NCBI RefSeq assembly: GCF_004010195.1 | Contig: NC_057720.1 | Coordinates: forward strand, 11,858,941 to 11,903,507 | DNA from: Chiloscyllium plagiosum | Taxonomy: Eukaryota | Direction of reading: 5' to 3' | Length of the DNA stretch: 44,567 nucleotides | Part shown: positions 1 to 11,730 of the stretch, in pieces | Layout: every line of letters begins with the position of its first letter | Numbering within the stretch: position 1 is the stretch's first letter | Made by a program: the position numbers and the translations under genes | The notes under the pieces: generated by a model | Told to the model about the DNA's origin: nothing | Seen by the model: only the letters and a program-made list of their open reading frames with translations | Databases searched by the model: none

Positions 1-14
1 CTGGTGATAGTTAT

Positions 15-355
15 AGTAAGTAGGAGCAGAAGGAGGCCATTCAACCTATCAAGCCTGCTGCACCATTCGATATGACCATGGCTGGACCCTGCTCCTGCTT
101 TCTGCCTGTATCCTTTATTCTCATTCGCCCTTTACTTCCTTCCCACTTTTTGCTTCTGTGCTTGGCATTTTCAGAATCCTATTAATCTATTGTGAAGACG
201 GATGTGAAATACTCAGCTCCTCTACAATTTCCTGGCTCCCCAGCCTCACTTTCTATGGAACCTATGATCACTTTGGCCCTTTTCCCCCCTCCTTTCTCAT
301 ACACTTAAAGAAACAGGTGTACCACAGAGTTTTATAATACTTGCTGGTTTACTCT
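15..355 (-). mobile_element. Degraded CR1 LINE fragments (3' UTR end plus ORF2 piece)
   Basis: taggagcagaaggaggccattcaacc...caccattcgatatgaccatggct is the reverse complement of the CR1 3' tail seen at 22740-22810. tgtgaagacggatg resembles the antisense of the CR1 YFASVFT motif. Confidence 0.55.
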
Positions 356-361
356 CTAGTT

Positions 362-580
362 TAAAAGGGACCACTTCTTCACACAGAGGGTGGTGCAGGT
401 ATGGGGCGTGCTGCCAGAGGAAGTAATGTAGGTGGATATAATTACAGCATTTGAAAGGCATCTGGATGTGAAAGGGATATGGGCCAAATTCTGGCAAATG
501 GGATTAGATTAGGATATCCGGTTAGCATGGACAAATGGACCAAAGGGTCTGTTTCTGTGCTGTATATCTCGATGACTCTT
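362..580 (+). mobile_element. CR1 (HER1-type) LINE 3' end
   Basis: ttcttcacacagagggtggtg...gggtctgtttctgtgctgtatatctcgatgactct is homologous to 19770-20012 and 29170-29388. Confidence 0.85.
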
Positions 581-832
581 AAAGTTATTTGCTACCTTTT
601 TGTGGTCATTCTTTGATTGGCTTTTAAAACTTTTACCATGCCTCTGGTTGTCAACTAATCTTTTGCCACACTGTACCGTTCCTTTCAATTTAATTATACT
701 AGAGTCCTAATATTCACTGAACAACACTATACAGCAAACAGTTCCACCACTATTTGACTACCACTTACAGCTGGTTCTGCTATAACGCGCTTCTCTTCAA
801 TGCAAATTGGGTATAACGAGATTGAAGAATTT

Positions 833-1165
833 AAACATAGAAAATAGAAAGGTACAGCACACAACAGGCCCTTTGGCCCACGATGTTATGCTGAGGTTTA
901 ATCTGAATGTAAAATATGCACCCTTCAACTCACTGCTGTCCATGTGCATGTCCAGCAGTTGCTTAAATGTCCCCAATGACTCTGCTTCCACCACCACAGC
1001 TGGCAACGCATTCCATGCATTCACAACTCTCTGCGTAAAGAACCTACCTCTGATGTCTCCTTTATACCGTCAAACTGTGACTCCTCGTACCAGTCAATCC
1101 TGCCCTGGGGAAAAGTCTCTGACTATTGACTCTATCTATTCCACTCATTATCCTGTATACCGATA
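833..1165 (-). mobile_element. CR1 LINE 3' end
   Basis: ORF 797..1024(-) NAWNALPAVVVEAESLGTFKQLLDMHMD is a CR1 ORF2 C-terminus, followed by a ttctat-type tail. Confidence 0.85.
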
Positions 1166-1189
1166 TTTATAGAATGCGAACTTTCCTGA

Positions 1190-1689
1190 NNNNNNNNNNN
1201 NNNNNNNNNNNNNNNNNNNNNNNNNNNNNNNNNNNNNNNNNNNNNNNNNNNNNNNNNNNNNNNNNNNNNNNNNNNNNNNNNNNNNNNNNNNNNNNNNNNN
1301 NNNNNNNNNNNNNNNNNNNNNNNNNNNNNNNNNNNNNNNNNNNNNNNNNNNNNNNNNNNNNNNNNNNNNNNNNNNNNNNNNNNNNNNNNNNNNNNNNNNN
1401 NNNNNNNNNNNNNNNNNNNNNNNNNNNNNNNNNNNNNNNNNNNNNNNNNNNNNNNNNNNNNNNNNNNNNNNNNNNNNNNNNNNNNNNNNNNNNNNNNNNN
1501 NNNNNNNNNNNNNNNNNNNNNNNNNNNNNNNNNNNNNNNNNNNNNNNNNNNNNNNNNNNNNNNNNNNNNNNNNNNNNNNNNNNNNNNNNNNNNNNNNNNN
1601 NNNNNNNNNNNNNNNNNNNNNNNNNNNNNNNNNNNNNNNNNNNNNNNNNNNNNNNNNNNNNNNNNNNNNNNNNNNNNNNNNNNNNNNNN
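1190..1689. other. Assembly gap (500 N)
   Basis: Run of exactly 500 N. Confidence 1.
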
Positions 1690-1789
1690 TTGCTTTTATT
1701 TCTGTCCTTATACAGATTATACGCACACTTCTTCCTCCCCTCACCTTCATGGTATTGAAATTGAGATTCATTCTACCTCACTGCCAACA

Positions 1790-3135
1790 GTTGCAACAAT
1801 AGGCCAGTTAGCTTCAAGTAATTGGGAAAATGTTTGAGAGTCTATTACAAAGAATGCAACAGAAGAGGATTTCAAAATCCATAATCTGATCAAGCAGAGT
1901 CAGCATGAGCTCACAATGACTGATAAATGTATTAGAATTCTTTGAGGGGGTAACATTCAGAAGGGATAAAGGAGAAGCAGGGAGGCAAGATGTTTGCAGT
2001 TTCGGAAGGTGCTTGATAAGGTACCATATGTTAGGTACTTAATAAGACAACAGTCCATGCTATTGTAGGTAGTACAGTAGTATGGATAGAGGATTGGCTA
2101 ACTAATAGAAGATAGACAGTTGGGAAAAAGGGAGCACTTTCAGGATGGCATCCTGTAACTAGCGAGGTGCAACAGGGATCAAAGCTGGGACACAATCATT
2201 TACAATACTCATCCAAGTCATTAACGTATGAAGTGAATGCACTGGAGCCAAGAGTGCAGATGATTAAAAAAACAGATGGAGAAAGGGAGTGGTGGATAGG
2301 ATACAAGTAGCCTGGAGAGGGACATAGACAGATTAGGTGTGTGGGCAGAAACTTGGCAGATGGAAGGTAACATGGGAAAACATGAGTTTATGCACTTTGA
2401 CAGGAAGAATAAATGGACTAAACGCTATTTAAATGGATAAAGGCTGTAAGGAAGCTACAGAACAGAGGGATATGGGAGTCCTATTGCATAAATCACAAGC
2501 AAGCATCTAGGCTCAGCAGGTAAAAGGGAAGGCAAATGGATTTTGGCCTTTCTTTCAAACAGAATGGATTTATAAAGATAGAGAGGTTTTGCTAAAAATA
2601 TACAAGGTATTAGGTCAGACCATACCTAGATTACGGTGAATAATTTTGGCTGTTTTGCCTTAGTTAAATGCCCCTTATAAAAGGTTGATTCCAGGTCTGA
2701 AGGGACTGTCTAACGAGTACAGGTTGAGAAGGCTGGGCCTATACTCATTGGGGTTTAGAAGAATGAAGCGTATGAGATTTTTAGGAGACTGACAGGATGG
2801 ATGCGAAGAGGTTGTTTCCCCTTCTGAGAGATTAGACGATTTGAGGTCCTAATCTCAGGGTAAGGGGTCATGCTCATTTAAGACAGAAATGAGGAGGAAT
2901 TTCTTCTCTCAGGATAGGGAAAATGAGGAATCCTTTAACACTGAGGGCTGCTGAAGCTCGTTAAGTACATTCAAGGCCGAGACAAACGAACTTTTAACAG
3001 TAAGGGAATCAAGGTTTATGGGCAAAGGCAGGAAAGGGGAGTTGAGGATTATCTGATCAGCCAAGATCTCATCAAATGGCAGTGTGGACTTGATGGGCTG
3101 AACGGCCTACTGTTCCTATGTCTTATGGTCTTATA
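1790..3135 (+). mobile_element. Decayed CR1 LINE (RT domain to 3' tail)
   Basis: Frameshifted RT motifs (RPVS..GKM, F.K..DKVP, SEVQQGSKLG, ADD.K, W.E.WQM) ending in ...gggctgaacggcctactgttcctatgtcttatggtcttat. Confidence 0.85.
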
Positions 3136-3279
3136 TTTCATGAGACCTCAAAACTGTGTGATAATGAGCAAATAATAAGTTTAATTAAACTTATGACAGG
3201 AGTAAGTGCCAGCCTTCAACAGTAGCTTCGAAACCCAGGACTTTTTCCATTTAAAATAACAAGGGTAGCAGATCCATGG

Positions 3280-3475
3280 CAACATTACCAAGGCTCTCCT
3301 CCAAGCCACATCCTGACTTGGAACAATACCACAGGGTTAAAATCGTCAAACTTCCTCACAGCACTGCGGTGAATCCTCTCAGATAAATTACAGTTCAAGT
3401 AAGTGCCACTACCATCTCAAAAATAATGAATGCTTATCTAGCCAGCAATACCCATATCCTGCAAATGAATAAACT
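3280..3475 (+). mobile_element. L2/Crack-like LINE 3' end remnant
   Basis: ccaagccacatcctgacttgg...gccagcaatacccatatcctgcaaatgaataaa matches, in reverse orientation, the family at 14340, 31095 and 36700. Confidence 0.55.
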
Positions 3476-3985
3476 TTTAAAAAATAGCTTTACATTTCTC
3501 ACAGAACAACCGTTCATGAGACATTTAAAACTAATTCATAATGTAGTATCAGAAACACCTTGAAAGGTCAAATTGATCAGGAAGTTGCCTTTATGTTAAT
3601 TTTATCCCATTGACAGTTTAAATATAGATAATTATGTAGATTTGAAAAGTAACATAACCAAAGTTCACAATATCTGATGCGGCTTGAGTAAATTGAGATG
3701 AATCATTGATGAACAAAGCCTAAAGAATAGAAACTTCCGTTAGTAAAGGCAACAGGCTTTAGAGTCTTTTATTTAAATGAGACATGTGCTGGGCATAAAC
3801 CAAGGAAACCTCATTCATGCAGCACACTCCCTCCTCCTAGACCCTTTTACCAGTCGCCTGTGAAGTGGTAAATCTACATGTGAACATGTACATCATCCAG
3901 GAACTTTCAGCATGGAACAGATAATCTATGAATCATGCTGCTTGACACAGTCATTAAGCCCAGTGACAAATGTTGCACTGTTGCT

Positions 3986-4220
3986 AGGAGAAAGTGAGGA
4001 CTGCAGATGCTGGAGATCAGAGTCAAAAAGTGTGGTGCTGGAAAAACACAGCTGGTCAGGCACTATCCGAGAAGCAGGAGAGTCAACGTTTCAGGCAAAA
4101 GCCCTTCATCAAGGAAGAATCATGAAGACGGGCTTATGCCCGAAACGTCAATCCTCCTGCTCCTCGGATGCTGCCTGACTGGCTGTGCTTTTCTAGCACC
4201 ACACGTTTTGACTTTGGTCT
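3986..4220. mobile_element. Palindromic Penelope-derived short element (family 1) with degenerate hammerhead motifs
   Basis: ggagaaagtgaggactgcagatgctggagatcagag head, then inverted arms around aagcccttcatcaagg...gaagacgggcttatgcccgaaacgtc. Homologous to 17199, 17797 and 25654. Confidence 0.8.
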
Positions 4221-4454
4221 TGAGCTTGTTGTTTTTACCATATGATGCTACATTCAGATGATTTTTATGCAACAATTCACGCCACATTTGTACAAAATCT
4301 TTTGTTTTATGCTCTTTAGTCTTTAGCTCTTTTCATTATTGCATCATGAATTTTTTAACGTAACCTCCCTTGGCCTAACCCCATCACAGATCTTTCTCCT
4401 TTATGCCCACAAACGTGTTCCATTGGCTTAAACACTCATCTCTCTCTTCCTCTC

Positions 4455-4590
4455 TAGTTCCGATGGAAGGTCATTCACCAAAACATCAACTCTACTTTCT
4501 CTACACAGATGTCGCCTGATCTCCTGAGTTTCTCTCTTATTTGGTTGCTCTTATTTCAGATATGCATCATCCGCAGAATTTTGCTTTGTA
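4455..4590 (+). mobile_element. Penelope-like terminal remnant (family 2)
   Basis: agttccgatggaaggtc...aaaacatcaactct...acagatgtcgcctgatctcctgagt...gcatcatccgcagaattttgcttt, similar to 40510-40640. Confidence 0.55.
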
Positions 4591-4818
4591 TAGTTTACCC
4601 ACCTTCGGTTCCTGTTTCTTTCTCTATCTTTAAATCACACTGGTTAAGGAGATACACCGCTGGCTCAGCTTTCATCCAGATCTCAGGCACTCCCGTTATC
4701 ACCACTTAGCAGCACAACAGTTTTCTGAGATAAAGGGGAAAAGTCTAAAGAACAAGGCCCAGTGCAAGATGGCCCACACCAACAAATACCGGGTCACCTG
4801 GCCTCAAGGGGAACTTAC

Positions 4819-4974
4819 CGAGATCTCTTCGTCGGCGGCTGCATCAAGCTGGCTGCTGTAGAAGCTGCTCCTGTCATCTTCGTCATCCATATAGACGGGA
4901 GGTTCGTGCGATGTCATGAACGTGGACGGTCGGAAGAGATGCTTGTTGAGAGGGTGCTGGCGTCTATTTGAAGA
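4819..4974 (-). CDS. ZZZ3: ZZZ3 internal coding exon G (156 nt): [52 protein letters not shown]
   Basis: Acceptor ttttctccccctcag|TCT TCA and donor TCG|gtaagt. Conserved [27 protein letters not shown] motif. Lies in ORF 4804..4995(-). Confidence 0.96.
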
Positions 4975-5989
4975 CTGAGGGGGAGAAAATCCCACAAGTT
5001 TAGAATCATTTATGCAACCTCGACATCAGGCTACACAATCAGGTCACACAGTTCCTGTGGAAAGACCAACCTGTTTTTCAGGTCTCGACCCTTATTATAG
5101 CTGTAACCCACTAGAAACATTAACTTTCTCCATAGATATCAACTGACCCAAGCACTTCCAATTCTGAATTCTTTAACAGCATATTACACCATGTCAGAAG
5201 ATTAGTCTGAATTAAAAACTTGAATTTATATTGTACTTTACAACATACACAGAATATTCAAAAGCACTTCTCAGTCAATTAATTACTTTTAACGTGCAGT
5301 CACTTTTGTTATGTTACACACTTTTGACAGCAAATGAATGTCCTGATAATCTATTATCGATAGCACTGGTTAAGAATTCATCAGGATAACTCCACTCCTT
5401 AAATTGTGTAAAACATTTCACAACCGACTCAAAAGCAGAATGTACTATCTGAAAAAAGCCTCTAATATTCCAGGACTTCTTGAGATCCGCCCTTGAGTAC
5501 TAGATTGACACAAAAGTAGTATAAGTAAAACAAGGTGTTCCTGGGAATAACAAGACTAAAAGGGAAGTATTGCACATAACTGTTGTTATTATGCATTGCA
5601 TTTCAATCCGGAACAGACTAAACACGACATAATCATGAAGTGCAGGACATCCACTGTCTAAATAATTCGAGAAATTTCCTCTGTCAGTGGTGCTTACCGA
5701 AGCAACATGCACTTCCCTTACATCCATATGAGTATATGTAGCCAAAATAACCGTCCTCTAAATTTTAATCAGCTACATTATTTCGCTTGTAAAAATAACA
5801 TCAACAAGAAATAGAAAAACAACATGAAAACAATAAGGCTCTCATGACTAGGGACAGTGCACTTAAAAATTAACTGACTATGTACTGAGAACTGAAGAAA
5901 AGCAAACAATCTAAAATCATAAATAGAACTAAAATGCAAAGGACGAATGAGAAAGTTTCAAATAGGTAATGAAGAGATTAAAATATAGT

Positions 5990-6800
5990 TTTGACAGCCA
6001 AGATTTAACTTAAATATAATAGCAGAGAAACTGCAGAGAGCTCCACAACACAAAGGGGCCTGGGTGCCCTCCCAGATGAATCAGAAAAGTTAGTATACAT
6101 TACAGAAAGTGATTAGGAAGGCAAACTGAACTTTGGCATCTTTCACAAACATAGTTGAGTCTAAAAATAGGGACGTGTTGCTAAAGCATCTGGGGTCACG
6201 TGTATAATTTTGATCTCCTTTCTTAAGAAAGTATATAACTGTATTGTGATGTAGTGGTAGTGTCCTTACCTCTGGGCAAGGTGATCTCGGTTCAAGTCTC
6301 ACCTGTTCAAGAGGCATGTCAAAATATGTCTGAATTGGTTGATCAAAATATCTATAATTGCATTATAAACAATTTAAAGAAGTTTCACTCAATTGACTCC
6401 TGAGATGACGAGATTTGCTGATGAGGAAAGATATGATACATTCGGCCCTTATCGACTGGAGTTCAGGAGAATGACAAGTGATCTTACTGAAACATACATA
6501 TTCCTGAGGGAACTTGACAGGGTGGATACTGACAGCATAGGGAACACAGTTTAAAAATCAGGATCTCCCATTTAAGAAAGAGGCGAGGAGAAACATTTTC
6601 TCTTCAAGTACCGTGAAAGTTTCTTCCATTATGCAGTGGTCATTGAAAATATTCAAGGCAGAACGACAGATATTTGATCGACTGGGAATCCAGAACTTTG
6701 GGGACAACTAAGTACTTGGAGCGAAGTCCACAATCCGATCCCATAACCTTACTGAATGGCAGAGAAGACTCGAGACTGAGAATAGCCTCTTTCTTCTCCT
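5990..6800 (+). mobile_element. Decayed CR1 LINE 3' part with a short tRNA-like SINE inserted at about 6241-6352
   Basis: CR1 hallmarks (gtgattaggaaggcaaa, ggagttcaggagaatga, tttaag..agag..gaggagaaa). The insert gtgatgtagtggtagtgtcc...ggttcaagtctc has A/B-box-like motifs, and a related copy lies at about 16350-16425. Confidence 0.7.
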
Positions 6801-7889
6801 GACTTGCATGACAATATATTCCATCAAATGAAATACCAGCCAACTCACAGGCCATTTCGATACCCTACCAGGTAGTGCATGGGTAGGGAATCTCAACCAA
6901 AACCAGTGTTCAATTTACAGCAATTGAGTAAGGCATCAGGACTAAGATACTTGGTGGAACTGTAAACTCTTTTCTGAACAGAATTGTTGTGATCTTCAGT
7001 AGCAACCATGTAGGTTCAAATTTTCTCTGATATATAAAACTAACACTTTACATACTCTATTAGAAGATAATGAAGATTGGATCACGTATGATATCTTTCT
7101 CTGAAATACTTGTTACGTTTCTCAGAAATATTATCATAATTCAGACTAGGTAGTGTCACTCCATAAGTGCACCCAATTAGTTCCCATTTGAATTCTTTTT
7201 CATGCATTAAGCATTGAAGTCAGTCAACATTGCTGTAGAACATCCTCAAGTTTTGGTATAAAGGCTACCCTCTCAGAAAATTTACACAGAACTGTCTTGC
7301 ACCAATTTTACTAATGCACAATAATATCCTCATTGTTTCATTCTTTCTCTGAAAACACCTTAGCTCATTAACATTGCACCACTCTCAAAACACCAGAGAA
7401 CCCAAGTATTTTTTTCTGCACTCAGACCTGTTCAAAATGACTATAAATTGCACGTAAAATCTTAGGCACAAGCAGAATCTGAACTTGCCACATGGTGCAT
7501 TTTATAACTATTTTTAAACTTTACTTCTCTTTATTACAGCCTGAGTTGAAGTAAACTCTCCAGAGGGAGAGGAGAGTGGGAGGGGATAAATGGTGAAGAC
7601 CGAGAGGCCTACTTGGCAGTGATACCAGGAACAGAGTGACATCATGAACCACAGCGTGACAGGAGTGCAGGGAAAGCAGCTGACTGGCAAGTGGGGTTCA
7701 TGAATATTTCTAATCTTCAAAGTAAAAGTAAGAGTCTTCAATTTGCATTTAGGTCTTTAGTCTTTTTTTTTTAAAAAGCTGAAGTACAAGATTGATGTTG
7801 CTGCATTTTTCAATTTCAAAAAATGTTCCATTAATGGCACTCCTTTGTTACAGTTTAGTTGCAGGTTACCATTCTGAAAATGCCCCCAA

Positions 7890-8480
7890 TCCCACCTCCG
7901 TTTTCCGTTAGTTGGCTAATCCTCTATGCTAATAGACTACCCCAACACCATGGTCTCATTAAATAGCTTAACACATGATACCTTATTAAACTTCTGTAAG
8001 TTCAAATACATTACATTTACTGCTTCCCTTTTATCTATCCTGCTTGATACCTCCTCAAAGAATTGTAATAAATTTGTCAGGTATGATTTCCCTTTCATGA
8101 AACCAGGCCGACTCTGCTCAATTATATTCTGCATTTCTCATTTCTATTACATTGCATATAATAGATTCTAACATTTCCCAACAACGTTAGATGCTAACCC
8201 CATCTAGAATATTGTCATCTGTTTTTGTCTTCTTCCCTTTTTGAATAAGAGTGTGACATTGGCAGTTTCCCAATCCTTCAAGACTTTTCCAGAATCTAGG
8301 AATTCTTCAAGGAGGATTACTATCAATGCATCAATTGATACTGATGTAGCTTCTTCCTTTAATGTCCATGGATACAGCCCATCGGATCTTAGGTACTTAT
8401 CGTTTATAGCCCCATTAGTTTCCTCAGCGCTTTGTTTCTATGATACTTATTGCATTTATTTCCTCAATTTTTTTCTCCAA
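7890..8480 (-). mobile_element. CR1 LINE reverse-transcriptase fragment
   Basis: ORF 7937..8134(-) GFMKGKSYLTNLLQFFEEVSSRIDKREAVNVMYLNLQKF is a CR1 RT motif region. Confidence 0.9.
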
Positions 8481-8544
8481 TGATTATTTTGCTTCCCATT
8501 GTGGGAGAGTCTAGGATCATAGGTTATCAACTCAGGGTAAGGTC

Positions 8545-9140
8545 ATAGAGTCAAAAGATATACAGCACAGAAACAGACTCTATGGTCCAACTCATCCATG
8601 CTGACCACATATCTTAAATTCCCAGCATTCAGCTCATATCGGGTTTTGACAAGATTTGTAGCTCAGGTTGAGGTTCTGGATGTAGGTTTGCTTGCTGAGC
8701 TGGAAGGTTCATTTTCAGACGTTTAGTCTCCCTACTAGGTAACATCTTCAGTGAGCCTCTGGACCAAACTTCATCCGGAGGCTCACTGAAGGTGTTACCT
8801 AGTATGGTGACGAAATGTCTGAAAATGAACCTTCCAGCTCAGCGAGCAAACCTATATCCAGATTCGGCCCATATTCCTCTAAACTTTCCTATTCCTGTAT
8901 CCATCCACATGCCTTTTAAATTTTGTAATTTACCAGCCTCCATCACTTCCTCTGGCAGGTCATTCCATACACGTACCACCCTGTGTGAAAGTGTTGCCCC
9001 ATGGGTCCCTTTTAAATCTTTGCCCTCTCACCTTAAACATATGCCCCTAGTTTTGGGCTCCGCTACCCTGAGGAAAGGACCTTGGCGATTCACTCTATCC
9101 ATGCCCCTCATGATTTTATAAATATCTATAATCTCACCCC
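8545..9140 (-). mobile_element. CR1 (HER1-type) 3' end interrupted by a palindromic element
   Basis: catagagtc...tacagcacagaaacag tail on the left; cattccatacacgtaccaccctgtgtgaaa...atgcccctcatgattttata on the right. Confidence 0.85.
8641..8861. mobile_element. Palindromic Penelope-derived short element (family 3) with a hammerhead-like motif in each arm
   Basis: About 85-bp inverted arms around a short spacer. Flanked by imperfect direct repeats attcagctcatat (8627-8639) and attcggcccatat (8862-8874). Confidence 0.75.
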
Positions 9141-9209
9141 TCAAGATCACATGGTTCCTCTGTCTTATGAACTTATTATAATGGATACGATAACTAGAGT
9201 TTTAGACAA

Positions 9210-10755
9210 AAATGGTAAAGCTGGCTTATGAAATGGAAACCATGTTTAACCAAATTATTGGTCGTTTTTTTTGACGGTATTAGTTGCAGTTAATAAAGGA
9301 GAACCGGTGATGCGATGTATTTTGATTTTTCAAAGGATTTTGAGATGGTTACGCATAGGACATTTGAAAACAGCATTAGAGTTCATGAAATTCAGAGAAA
9401 TATGCTAGTATGGATTAAGAATTGGTTAACAGAGTAATTGTATCATTCTCAGGGTGGAACGTTGTTACTAGTGAGGTTGACACCTAGGCCAAGGACGTAA
9501 AAGGGTGCACTGCTGGAGCTAGCCATGGCTTAAGAGAATTGATAGCTAAGCCAGTAATTTACACAGTAAGAATTGTAGTCTTCATACACATGGCAACCAA
9601 ATAAGATAATGAAGTGCTTCATCGAAATTTTAGTGGGAAAGAGAAAACACGTTATTTACTGAAGTGCAGAAGGGAAAGTCTGACCCCACCATAATAAGTA
9701 TAATGGCAAATGTCTGGCGAGAGGCATAAATGTCAGAGGGGAGGCAGCAAGCGCTGATGTTAATGTTGCATGCAACAACTGTCATGCAGAATGTACAAAG
9801 ATCCTGCAGTTTACTGCAAGGGGGGGGCAGTGCCTTGGAGTCTGTCTCCAGAGACCTCGCCAGGCTGCATTAGTAAGGAGCTTCGAATAGAGATCAATTC
9901 ATGCTGCTCAACATAGAGGACTCAGAACGCTCTTCAAAATCTCTCTCTCCAACATCCAACTAGGATCAATATTAGATCCACAGATATTCATAACCTGTGG
10001 AAATGATTTGGATGTTGGTTCCAATTGCAACTTTCTGAATTTGCTGATGACATCAAACTGGTGACATCACATGCTCTGTGAAGAGGTTATGAGGAAGCTT
10101 CAGGACAATATGGTTAAAGCAGAGTGAATGGAGGAGGACATGGCAGATGAAATATAAAGTGAATTAATGTGAAGGTAAGTGTTTGGCAGGGAGAAGTAAA
10201 GGAAGAATATTTCTTAAATGGTGATATATTGGGTACAGTGGATGCCCATGCCAGAAGTTCATATACAGGTATAACAAGCAATTAGAAAGACATAGGAAGA
10301 GCGTGAGGAAATATCATCAGATTATCCCCAAGACTGTTCTAGAAAGAGAAATTGAGGAGACTTCATCTGTATCCCCTACAGCTTCAAAAAATAAAGGGGT
10401 GACCTGACTGAAGTTTAAAAAATTAAGGGTGGATATAAATATGATGTTTCCTCTTGCCAGGGAGTCTAAATCCAGGAAACAGAACCTCAGGATGAGGATT
10501 AAAACCAAGAAAAAGGAATTTCTTCACTCATTAGAGGATGGTGCATCTTTGGAATTCTCTATTCCTGAAAGTTGTAGAAGCTTAATCTTCAAGCATGTTC
10601 AAGACAGAAATCAGTAAATATTTGGAGACCAATGACATGCAGAGATGTAGAGAAAGTGTGGCATTGAGGTAGATGATCAGCCAGGAACTAACTGAACAGT
10701 AATGCAGGTTTGAGGGGTTCAACGGTCTACTCCCGTTGTGTTCCTACGTTACCTA
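9210..10755 (+). mobile_element. Decayed CR1 LINE (RT to 3' end) split by an unrelated insert at about 9474-9950
   Basis: GL.NG.PCLTKL, MYFDF.K.F, W..VTS / GSIL.PQ.F, FADDIKL motifs, ending in ...aacggtctactcccgttgtgttcctacgtt. Confidence 0.8.
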
Positions 10756-11390
10756 TATTATTAAAAACAGAAACACTACCACTATAGAATTCTTAAACAA
10801 GTCATACGGAATTGTATGAAAATGATAGTTTGACGGCTTCAAACTTTAATTTTCAAAACATCAGTAACATAATGAGGGACTTAAAGCAGCTAAGTGCCTG
10901 ACTTTCCTTGGGCCTGACCGGTGTTTGTTTTATTTCACATTTCAGCATATACTGAAACGACTTTCAGAAAACGCAGCATCAGGCGATTCAGATTCTGCAC
11001 CTAATGAAAGAACGATTCAATTAACCCCGTTCCACATGAGAAACCTGTAGCGGAAACTGGGGTCTCTTTAAGCTTCATGACTTTAAAATTCCATATTTAC
11101 ATATTTAGTAATTACTGTGTAGCCTGAGACCTCACCTGTATCTCTGTACCAGCTAGCCTTCTACTGTCATAAAACAAAATTCTAGGACATGAAAACACAG
11201 GAGGAAAGGTCACTGAGCTGACATCAAAGATTTACCAAATCAGTATTTAGAAGAATAAGATATTTTGGTCTTCAAAGGAACGGCAGCTGACCTTCAAATG
11301 GAGGTGCACAAGGGGAAAATGGTTATTCTGATATCATAAGTATTAGCCCTTCGATTGTGGGTCAAGATATTCAGACAATTGATTGAGGAG

Positions 11391-11730
11391 GGGGTCACAT
11401 GATGGCTCAGTGGTTAGCACTGTTGCCTCGCAGCGCCAGAGACCCGGGTTCGATTACAGCCTCGTATGACTATCTGCGTGCAGTTTGCACATGGTCTGCA
11501 TGGGTTTCCTCTGGGTGCTCCGGTTTCGTCCCACAGTCCAAAGTTGTGCAGGTTAGGTGAACTGGACGTGCTAAATTGCCCATCATGTTCAGGGATGTGT
11601 AGGTTGGGTGTATTAGTCAGGGGAAATAATACGGTAGGGGATTGGGTCTGGGTGGGATACTCTTTGGAGGGTTGGTGTGGACTTGTTGGGCCTAATGGCC
11701 TATTTCTACACCGTAGGGATTCTATGATTC
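11391..11730 (+). mobile_element. HE1-type V-SINE (tRNA-derived head)
   Basis: A box tggctcagtggttagc, B box ggttcgattac, V-domain gggtttcctctgggtgctccggtttc, and a CR1-derived tail ...gtagggattctatgattc. Confidence 0.9.

Noticed and set aside
1126..1771. Long ORFs of about 210 aa spanning the first gap
   Set aside because: Their length comes from N (X) runs; the same applies to the ORFs at 21523-22401.
1..4818. Downstream ZZZ3 exons (DDESIP...; ZZ zinc finger)
   Set aside because: Not seen in the readable sequence; they lie outside the window or in the gap.
11400..11462. tRNA gene (A and B boxes present)
   Set aside because: It is the tRNA-derived SINE head, continuing into the V-domain and LINE tail without an acceptor stem end or terminator.
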